Virus record (IMG/VR): IMGVR_UViG_3300037453_000316 | Coordinates: 6,372 to 70,371 of that record | Strand: one strand, 5' to 3' | Length of the DNA: 64,000 bases | Source: a virus | Taxonomy: Duplodnaviria > Caudoviricetes | Position numbers and translations under genes: made by a program | The notes under the pieces: model-generated | The model's input: the letters and a program-made list of their open reading frames with translations, nothing else | Database searches by the model: none | Told to the model about the DNA's origin: nothing | Shown: piece after piece, positions 56,260 through 64,000 of the stretch | How positions within the stretch are numbered: the first letter of the stretch is position 1 | Layout: every line of letters starts with the position of its first letter

Positions 56260-58467
56260 TTAACTCTGCTCTCTTTCTGAATCCTGAAGCATATCGTCAA
56301 GAATAAGTTCTTTCCAGTCTTGTTCCGTATTTTCACTCGAAGATATGTAATCTCTCAATGATGTAATTGTGGCGAATGATATTTTACCATACTTTTCCGT
56401 ATCTGTGTCATATTTACCCGCCATAACTTCCTCCATATATTGCATTACATTTTCAATATTGGAATTTTCCGCCTTTCCTTCTTTTGGAAGAACCCTGCAA
56501 TCATCGGATAGACTTTCATTTTCAATATCCCTCTTGATTCTTATCTTCAACCATTCCCATACAACATTTGGTCTAGGACTGATATCAATTATCGATATAC
56601 GTCTTGAAAGACCGCCCCAGTGAGGACCGACAATTCTACTGTTCATAAAATTCGAAATCGTTTCGTTTGTGAGAAAAACTATGAAACCATTAAATGTGAA
56701 ACGGTTCGGGAAATGTTCCTGTTGTCTCTCTTCTGCATATTCTTCAAACTGTTTTGCGGCCAGAGAACGAAGTTCACTTTCAGACCTAGGTATATAGTCT
56801 GCGTATCTCGCTTTCTTGGCGGACTCGTTTCTACCCATCTCTCTCACCTTATTGTCTATCCACACCTTTCTCTCATAGTCCGATATCGAACCGACTTCAA
56901 GATAATATCTCTGGTGTCTGTCAACCTTTCCACCGATTACATTATAATACTCGCTTCCGAGTGAACCACTAGTACTTCCGGCAGTCAAACCCTTAGCACT
57001 CGGGGTGTCTATCTGTCTTGATGATTCATCCGAACTGGTCGCTTGTTTAAGTAAACTTACCTTATCTTGGTCTTCCCATAATGAATTTGTATCATCATAT
57101 ATGATTACCATATCATTATATTTGTAAAGATTCTTATAAACTGTCTGTGCCGTACCGACGGAGTTTAATTTTATATAGTCTATATTTTCACGAGCGTTGG
57201 TTTCCGCTATGGCTTGGTTTACAGCGACAGTCTTACCGATACCACCCATACCTGTTACCATAAGGCCTCTATGTGATGACATAATACCTCTCAATTTTTC
57301 AGCGGTACCACCTTCACCACCTTCCTTCACATAATTCAACATGGCCTTCATAAACTTCTTCTCACGTTCAAGCCTGCTGTCAAGTTTCTTAACCTCAAGT
57401 TCAATCTTACTTTCACTTTCCATAACTTTCCAGAGATGGTCTCTCGAATCGAGATAAACACTGAGTTTTCCGGATTTACCACCTTCCCAGAACCAACAGT
57501 CCCTCATAATCTTTCTACTTGCCATATTGAAACCTTCGTCAAAACCACATAGTATGCAGTGTACAACACCCGTTACCCTTCCGGCGTTTGTCGGGTCAAG
57601 TTCACCCTTCGAGGTATAGTATATGGCGTCTTGAACGGTTTTAAAAGGACTACCCTCTTCAAAAGGTTCGGATGTCATATATTTTGAAATGCTTGAATCA
57701 TCATATTTTTCAAAAAGTTCCAAATATTTAACAACATCTTCCCTGTTAAGTTCATATGATTCATCTCTCCTTCCGCTGCTACCAATTTCCGGACCCATAA
57801 TCTTTCCCACAATTACTTTAGGGGAACCGTCCGTTCTTATGGACACTTCACCGGGCATCAATATGGATTTTGTCGGTCTTGCTTTAAGCCCCTTTGTTCC
57901 GGATGCTTCCTCACCCTCTTCCGCTGGAGCGGGTTCTTTCGCTTCAATGATTATATCGGATTTACCATCCATCAATTTGATTGTATTGACAAGTGTATAA
58001 ATCATAGAAAGGAAACCTAGTTTATTTGTCGATACGGAGAATGTCGGTTTTATTGAGATATTCAAAGGATTCTCTGTAAATAAACCTATTTTCTTTTCCA
58101 TACCAATCTTCGTCAGTACAAGATAAATATCGTTTTTCTTATTGTAAACCATTGTTGCGTCATTCCCATCAGTGTTAAAGATATAAGGATATACAGTCCA
58201 ATCCGCTTCGAAATTCTTTCTGATGTGCTTTATGACAATGTTGGTGATTTTAACGAGGTATTTATCATCTGAAATAAATCTCGGTTTTTTAAAATCCGTA
58301 TTTTCGTCTTCATAATAGTTGTCCCAGAATTCCTTATCAAGAGAACCTCCCGTTTCGATACTTTCCGTAGGAATATACTTCGGGTCAAGCTGACCTTCCG
58401 CTTCATTACTCTCAAAAAGGTTTCTGCTATCTGATTTCTTCAAAAATTCACTGAAACTTTCAATCAT
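56260..58467 (-). CDS. Large P-loop ATPase-domain protein with capsid-targeting-like N-terminus
   Basis: MIESFSEFLKK..LFES; Walker A TGMGGIGKT, Walker B VIIYDD; late promoter at 58494. Confidence 0.7.
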   Translation of the reverse strand: MIESFSEFLKKSDSRNLFESNEAEGQLDPKYIPTESIETGGSLDKEFWDNYYEDENTDFKKPRFISDDKYLVKITNIVIKHIRKNFEADWTVYPYIFNTDGNDATMVYNKKNDIYLVLTKIGMEKKIGLFTENPLNISIKPTFSVSTNKLGFLSMIYTLVNTIKLMDGKSDIIIEAKEPAPAEEGEEASGTKGLKARPTKSILMPGEVSIRTDGSPKVIVGKIMGPEIGSSGRRDESYELNREDVVKYLELFEKYDDSSISKYMTSEPFEEGSPFKTVQDAIYYTSKGELDPTNAGRVTGVVHCILCGFDEGFNMASRKIMRDCWFWEGGKSGKLSVYLDSRDHLWKVMESESKIELEVKKLDSRLEREKKFMKAMLNYVKEGGEGGTAEKLRGIMSSHRGLMVTGMGGIGKTVAVNQAIAETNARENIDYIKLNSVGTAQTVYKNLYKYNDMVIIYDDTNSLWEDQDKVSLLKQATSSDESSRQIDTPSAKGLTAGSTSGSLGSEYYNVIGGKVDRHQRYYLEVGSISDYERKVWIDNKVREMGRNESAKKARYADYIPRSESELRSLAAKQFEEYAEERQQEHFPNRFTFNGFIVFLTNETISNFMNSRIVGPHWGGLSRRISIIDISPRPNVVWEWLKIRIKRDIENESLSDDCRVLPKEGKAENSNIENVMQYMEEVMAGKYDTDTEKYGKISFATITSLRDYISSSENTEQDWKELILDDMLQDSEREQS

Positions 58468-58533
58468 AATATTTCTATTTTTATTATTTAATGTATTTAT
58501 GCAAATAAAAAAGGAGACTTAAAAGTCTCCTCA

Positions 58534-59709
58534 TTACCACAACGAACTATCGTTTTCCGGCATATAACTTAGATACAAACTCTCATATACAATGGCGTTT
58601 ATTTTAAAATCGTCAATCAAGTTTTTTAATTCTCTTATATTATGACAACACAATTTATCTTTATAAAAACCACAATAATCAAACTGTAGAAAATATTTAG
58701 GAAAATAATATATTATTTCAATATTATTACTTTTACATAAATCATACTTTACTCTATCTTTTAATATATTATTTTCAAGGTTTTTATATATACCTCTATT
58801 TAAAAAATGTTGTTCTCCCTGACACTCTATTGCAATATTCAATTCATTATCAAAAAAATCTAATCTTAAATTTCTCTTATATTTCAACCAATCGAACTTT
58901 TTTTCTCTTTCAAATTTTGGAAATTCTTTATAAACTTCATTTTCAAGTTTTGATGAATTACATTTAGGGCAACCACATCCATTCAAATGTAAATTTGAAG
59001 TCTGCCAAAACTCACCGTGTTCAGGACAAATTATACAAACCTTTTCCCTTGCTGTTATATATTCAACCTTTGAATAATCATATCTATTGTTGTGAATTTT
59101 ATTTGCTTCATTTATCCAATCTTCCGTTGATTTATTCTTACCAACACACTTTGGGCAACCACACCCGTGAAGATGTTCATTTGGAGTCTGCCAAAACTCA
59201 CCATGTTCAGGACAAATTATACAAACTTTTGTTTGTGAATTTATATACTCAACTTTTGAATAATCATATTTACCGTTATGAATAGAATTGGATTTTGTTA
59301 TAAAATCAAAATTTGTAACATTTTTACCAACACATTTTGGACAGTTACACTTAATATGAACATTTGGAGTCTGCCAAAACTCACCGTGTTCAGGACAAAT
59401 TATACAAACTTTTGTGGTTATGTTTTTATAAGTGTTTTTTACTTTCGAATAATCATATTTATCACCATGTTTTTTCTTTGCTAATTCTATAAAATCAGCA
59501 TAAGTTTTCTTTTTCTTTGGGTTACATTCCGGACAACCTTGATGTTTATTAATATGTTTATAGGGTGTTTGCCAAAACTCACCGTGTTCAGGACAAATTA
59601 TACAAACTTTAGATTCACAATTTTTATATTCTACTTTCGAATAATCATATTTGTCTCCGTGTACATTTTTTGCATTCTTTATAAATGTTAAAGTTTTATC
59701 CATAAACAA
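58534..59709 (-). mobile_element. Free-standing homing-type endonuclease: zinc-ribbon repeats plus Vsr/DUF559-like nuclease
   Basis: Four KYDYSKV.Y....KVCIICPEHGEFWQTP..H...CP.C units; LRLDFF...IAIECQGEQH; AT-rich. Confidence 0.8.
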
Positions 59710-59764
59710 TAATTCTTTTATATTATTTATGAAAAATATTTATTTCAATATGGTGGTATTGTTA

Positions 59765-60643
59765 TTACCATAATGAATTTTCATTTTTAGGTATGTAATC
59801 CAAATATAAGCTTTCATATACAATGGCATTTTTATTTTTCCCTATTGTCCTCTTAAATGATGAATTACCACTCTTTATATACATATGCATAGTATAACAA
59901 TCAGATGAAATATTATATGTATTATCAACATCACCAGATTTTCCATCAAATGATAATGCAAATTTTATATTTTTATTTTTTAATAATTTTAAAAAATCAA
60001 AAAAATCATAAAAATTAATTGTATTTCTCATATACATTTGATTGGCAGATATATATGGTGGGTCCATATAGATGAAGTCACCTTCCTTCACTTCACCGAT
60101 TATCTCTTCGTATGAACGATGTATGAACTCGACATTGTGCTTTCTCAACTTTTCACTCCATTCATACAATACCGGTTTCAGTATTTCGGGTTTTATTCCG
60201 TCCCTCGTTATGTGAAAACCGTTGTTAAACTCACCCTTTCTGTTATATCTGGGCATACCGTTTGTGGTCGTCCTCATTATAAAGAAGAAAACGAGAGGGT
60301 CGTGTGTCCTGTTGTATATTTCCCGCTGCTCCTCGAAGAACCTCCTCTTCCTGTCTATGTCGTCATCTCTGTTCAGTTCCTTCCACAGAGTCTCGTATGT
60401 CTCGTATATCTCGTCCGGAAAATCCTTCACTTTGTTCCACAGTGATATGAGGTCTCCGTTTATATCCGAACAGACATACCTTTTAACCGGAATGCTTGAG
60501 TTTATAAGTCCCATAAGCATAGAGCAACCTCCACAAAAAGGTTCATAATATGTGTCTATGTGCTGTGGGAAATATTCAAGTATCTCATCACACTGACTTC
60601 TTTTGGAACCACTCCATTTTATTACGGGTTGAAACTTTACCAT
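59765..60643 (-). CDS. Dam/D12-class N6-adenine methyltransferase
   Basis: KWSGSK, YYEPFCGG, SDIN, YMDPPY; paralogue of 37919..38758. Confidence 0.9.
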   Translation of the reverse strand: MVKFQPVIKWSGSKRSQCDEILEYFPQHIDTYYEPFCGGCSMLMGLINSSIPVKRYVCSDINGDLISLWNKVKDFPDEIYETYETLWKELNRDDDIDRKRRFFEEQREIYNRTHDPLVFFFIMRTTTNGMPRYNRKGEFNNGFHITRDGIKPEILKPVLYEWSEKLRKHNVEFIHRSYEEIIGEVKEGDFIYMDPPYISANQMYMRNTINFYDFFDFLKLLKNKNIKFALSFDGKSGDVDNTYNISSDCYTMHMYIKSGNSSFKRTIGKNKNAIVYESLYLDYIPKNENSLW

Positions 60644-61368
60644 AGTGTAATTCTATCTTTAACTTCATTTATTCTTTTGGTGGCGATTTCAAAATATGAC
60701 TTATCAAGTTCAATACCGATGAAATTCCTGTTCGTATTCACACAAGCGACACCCGTGCTTCCGCTACCCATAGTGTTGTCGAGTACAGTATCGCCTTCAT
60801 CGGTATATGTCTTTATGAGATATTCAAGAAGTTCAACAGGTTTCTCGTTGGGATGTTTCTTATGATAGTTGTCAACACAGTCAAATTCAAGGAGATTATT
60901 TGGAAATCTCGTTGTGTCACCACCTTCATAATTCCTTTTGTTCCCACCATAATATATCTTTCCGTTTGAACATCCTTTCGCCGAGCAAGTCGGAATATGA
61001 CCGTCGGTTTTCTGCGGGTTATACTCGTTTTTATAAAACACACATATCTCCTCTATTTTCCTCAACGGCATCCGTTTGGCATGAAAGAAATTGGTTGTCT
61101 GATTTTTAGACCAGTACCAGCAATACTTGAAATTTGACATATTGGATGAAATCAACAAAGTTGTAAACGGTTGTGACGAAAACAGTACGACAGGACAGTT
61201 TTCCTTCCTTATCCTTTCATACTGTTTCCATAATTCATCGAATTTTATAATTTTGTCCCATTCCTGTGCCGTACATCCATAAGGAAGGTCACAAAGAACC
61301 ATATCAACACTTTCATCGGGCATCGACATCATTATGTCAAGACAGTCACCGTTATACAGTTCTACCAT
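60637..61368 (-). CDS. Beta-class DNA methyltransferase
   Basis: DLPYG, HPNEKP, DNTMGSGST. Confidence 0.92.
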   Translation of the reverse strand: MVELYNGDCLDIMMSMPDESVDMVLCDLPYGCTAQEWDKIIKFDELWKQYERIRKENCPVVLFSSQPFTTLLISSNMSNFKYCWYWSKNQTTNFFHAKRMPLRKIEEICVFYKNEYNPQKTDGHIPTCSAKGCSNGKIYYGGNKRNYEGGDTTRFPNNLLEFDCVDNYHKKHPNEKPVELLEYLIKTYTDEGDTVLDNTMGSGSTGVACVNTNRNFIGIELDKSYFEIATKRINEVKDRITLW

Positions 61369-62108
61369 AATGAAACATTGTTTTGGAGTTTCAAAATCCT
61401 GTCATTTGCCACCTTGAAATATTCTTCTTCTATCTCGAACCCGATAAAGTCCCTCTTTGTGTTGATACACGCTACGGCGGTGGTTCCGCTTCCGATACAA
61501 TTATCAAGAACGAGACCTCCCTCCGGACAATACGACTTTACAAGAAACTCCATCAGTTCGACTGGTTTCTGTGTCGGATGTATCTGGTCCTGTCTTCTCC
61601 ACTTCTGCGGGAAGTCGAGAACCGTCGATGGATGACGGGTTCCGTTGTTGATATGTTCAGTTCCCTTTATCCCGAAACCGAGATTGTTTCTCTTGTTCAG
61701 AGTATATTTCCTTTTGTAAGGGGTACCCTTCAGCATCTGCGGTTCATAATACGCCGCCGGATGACCGAACACAAGTATCATCTCGTGTTTCTTCATCGGC
61801 ATAAACTTGGCGGTGAAAGGTGAACCGCACTTCGATTTCTTCCACACCATATCGTATCTGAATAATTTCTCATTCGACAAGGCGAGACGAAAGGCAAACA
61901 TACCGGTACCGAAGAGGATTATGTTACCCTTCGGCTTTATTATCCTCTCATACTGTTCCCACAGTTTATCCACCGGAAGATTCTTATCCCATTCGAGCGA
62001 TGTCGTTTGATATGGGAGGTCACAGATGATGCAGTCCACCGAACTGTCATCAATCCGTTTCATACCATCCATACAATTCTCGTTGTAAATTTTGTTTATA
62101 TCCAACAT
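61362..62108 (-). CDS. Beta-class DNA methyltransferase
   Basis: DLPY, HPTQKP, DNCIGSGTT. Confidence 0.92.
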   Translation of the reverse strand: MLDINKIYNENCMDGMKRIDDSSVDCIICDLPYQTTSLEWDKNLPVDKLWEQYERIIKPKGNIILFGTGMFAFRLALSNEKLFRYDMVWKKSKCGSPFTAKFMPMKKHEMILVFGHPAAYYEPQMLKGTPYKRKYTLNKRNNLGFGIKGTEHINNGTRHPSTVLDFPQKWRRQDQIHPTQKPVELMEFLVKSYCPEGGLVLDNCIGSGTTAVACINTKRDFIGFEIEEEYFKVANDRILKLQNNVSLW

Positions 62109-62767
62109 TACCAGACAAAAATAAAAAGGTTAGTAAAACATATTATCTCCATAAAGAAAATCCAAGCCTTGTTGTCCACATCAGCGGAGTAGTCTTTATT
62201 GTAAACACCGTCAACCTTCATTCCTATGAGTATGAAGATGATATAAGGTATTATGGTACCCGTCACCCCGTGAATACCGGCGGTGGAACAGATATAAATG
62301 GTCGTGAGTATAATTGCTATAAGTGAATTTGCATAGTGTATCAACCTCGCCGGTCCGTATTTGAAGAACTCCTTTTTCGAAAATTTTTCCTTCAGTTCCC
62401 TCAAAAATTCCATAAAACTTTTACGTTCGACGAACTTACCACTTTCACCCTTGCATATATCCGCCCTATAACCGGAAATCTGCTTCGGCCCCGATTTATA
62501 ACAGCAGGCCGCACCGACCATAAGCAACGAGATGACTACGACGACCGGTATCCATTTCAGGCCGTCCGGAGCCTTCTCGAACCACCATATTCCGAAAGGG
62601 ACACTCGTCATTATAGACCATGCCGCAAACAACCAGTCCCACTTGGAAGGAAGTATATAATAGGTTTCGCTCACTGAAACCGGCACACCATACTTGAACA
62701 GTATGAAAATAATGTATGCAAAGCAACATACGATTGAAATAATCGGTAATGAAATCATAATATTCAC
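62108..62767 (-). CDS. Multi-pass membrane protein
   Basis: Five to six hydrophobic helices. Confidence 0.75.
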   Translation of the reverse strand: MNIMISLPIISIVCCFAYIIFILFKYGVPVSVSETYYILPSKWDWLFAAWSIMTSVPFGIWWFEKAPDGLKWIPVVVVISLLMVGAACCYKSGPKQISGYRADICKGESGKFVERKSFMEFLRELKEKFSKKEFFKYGPARLIHYANSLIAIILTTIYICSTAGIHGVTGTIIPYIIFILIGMKVDGVYNKDYSADVDNKAWIFFMEIICFTNLFIFVW

Positions 62768-62931
62768 TTTTTATTTTTTCTTATCAACTTGTTTGTAAAT
62801 ATGGTTACACAGACAGCAATCACACAGGCGAGAAAACATACCAGTCCTGCAATCCAAGTTCCCATTAAAAGATATACTATCAGTCCGAATATGACCGAAA
62901 GAAACAACAATACTATAATTAAAGCTATCAT
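62764..62931 (-). CDS. Small two-TM membrane protein (55 aa, below the track cut-off)
   Basis: Hand translation MIALIIVLLFLSVIFGLIVYLLMGTWIAGLVCFLACVIAVCVTIFTNKLIRKNKK; overlaps both neighbours. Confidence 0.7.
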   Translation of the reverse strand: MIALIIVLLFLSVIFGLIVYLLMGTWIAGLVCFLACVIAVCVTIFTNKLIRKNKK

Positions 62932-63671
62932 CAGAAAAGTTTTATTTCATTATTTATATGATGTATTCTGTCCTCCGCTATCCGGAAATATTTCCCATCG
63001 ACTTCAAAACCGATAAAATTACGGTTCAAGTTAAGGCAAGCGACACCGGTACTTCCACTACCCATACAACCGTCAAGAACGGTATCACCTTCATTGGAAG
63101 ACATTTCTATTATCCGTTCCATCAGCTTTACGGGTTTCTGTGTCGGATGTTCGGTCTTTTCCTTCGAGTTGTGGGGAAGGGCGGATATGTCGGTCCACAC
63201 GTCGGACAGACTGACACCTTCCTTCAACATACCTTCCGTATACTCCTTCCGTTTCGTGTCGGGTTTTATCTTGATGTTGTTGAAGACCGGTTCATCACCA
63301 CCTTTGACATAATATGCTATCGGTTCATAACCGGAAGCCAAGGCGTGACCCCTCGTATTGTTGAAACCCCTTTTTCTCGCCCAGATGATTATTCTTTTTT
63401 CCATAAGATACCTGTCGAGTATATTGCAGATTTTCCTGTTCAGTTGTCTTGATGTAAACAGGAAAACACTCCCACCGGGTTTCAAAACCCTTACATATTG
63501 GATGACAAGGGATTCTACCCATTTAAGATAGTCATCCTCGTTCTCCCACTTGTTGTCAAAGTCGGCATCCACCACACCGAAGTAAGGTAAATCACAGACA
63601 ACACAATCTATTGAATTGTCTTTCAACCTGTTTCTTATTCCGGTTATACAGTCTTCGTTATACAGTTCCAT
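62931..63671 (-). CDS. Beta-class DNA methyltransferase
   Basis: DLPY, HPTQKP, DGCMGSGST. Confidence 0.92.
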   Translation of the reverse strand: MELYNEDCITGIRNRLKDNSIDCVVCDLPYFGVVDADFDNKWENEDDYLKWVESLVIQYVRVLKPGGSVFLFTSRQLNRKICNILDRYLMEKRIIIWARKRGFNNTRGHALASGYEPIAYYVKGGDEPVFNNIKIKPDTKRKEYTEGMLKEGVSLSDVWTDISALPHNSKEKTEHPTQKPVKLMERIIEMSSNEGDTVLDGCMGSGSTGVACLNLNRNFIGFEVDGKYFRIAEDRIHHINNEIKLF

Positions 63672-63729
63672 ACAATTAAATATAACAAAAACGAGTTTCC
63701 ATCAAAAAAGAGGTCAATTTAACCTCTTT

Positions 63730-64000
63730 TTACCACAACGAAATCTCTTCACATCTTCCGTCGAACCTCTCGGTCTGACCGGTCTCCCAGTTCATCACGA
63801 TGACCGGAATTTCCGTTTCCGGCAGACACATCGTCACACCGTCCATCCTGAAAATGTTCCAGGATATGATTTCCGCCCATTTCTCCACATCTGTGGGTTC
63901 TTTACCGAACTTGGCGATAAAACTCTCTATAACGGCGGACAATACATTTCTACGGGCGAGGAACAAGGAATCTTCCTGCCATTCGTATCCGTATGTTGAC
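63730..64000 (-). CDS. 3' end of an N6-adenine methyltransferase (R-M M-subunit-like), truncated by the window edge
   Basis: Frame open from 63999: STYGYEWQEDSLFLARRNVL...IISWNIFRMDG. Confidence 0.7.
   Translation of the reverse strand, partial: STYGYEWQEDSLFLARRNVLSAVIESFIAKFGKEPTDVEKWAEIISWNIFRMDGVTMCLPETEIPVIVMNWETGQTERFDGRCEEISLW

Noticed and set aside
1-64000. Stop-codon recoding (TAG=Gln, as in Lak-type Bacteroidota megaphages)
   Set aside because: Core genes are full length under the standard code, and TAG is used as a genuine stop (e.g. the ATGGTAG junctions).

Overview
A 64-kb slice of a large T4-like (myovirus) phage genome read in the standard genetic code. The host is probably a member of Bacteroidota: there are TAnnTTTG-type -7 promoter elements, AT-rich leaders without Shine-Dalgarno sequences, and a Bacteroidetes-style lipoprotein. 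The window carries a rearranged T4-type core: portal, prohead protease-scaffold fusion, major capsid, tail sheath and tube, topoisomerase II subunits, gp41 helicase, UvsX, gp47 and a probable sliding clamp. It also has ThyX, a GroES and two free-standing homing-type endonucleases. Two accessory systems stand out. (1) About 11 otherwise unrelated genes, most behind a CATAAATA late promoter, start with a T4 capsid-targeting-like peptide (M-x(3-6)-[FY]-[DE]-[DEQ]-[FY]..[LIV]-x-E). This suggests a large set of head-packaged, protease-matured, injected cargo proteins. The set includes an M15 peptidase, a HicA-like domain, a P-loop ATPase, an LRR protein and a RimB-like protease-GNAT fusion, the last in a late operon with a RimK ligase and a small protein mimicking the capsid N-terminus. 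(2) Twelve DNA methyltransferases, ten of which end in L-[WF]-COOH. The densest cluster lies directly beside the probable clamp gene, suggesting replisome-tethered anti-restriction methylation. No GATC site was seen on manual reading. No tRNA, rRNA or CRISPR array was recognised. All family assignments are from motif recognition by eye, without database searches.
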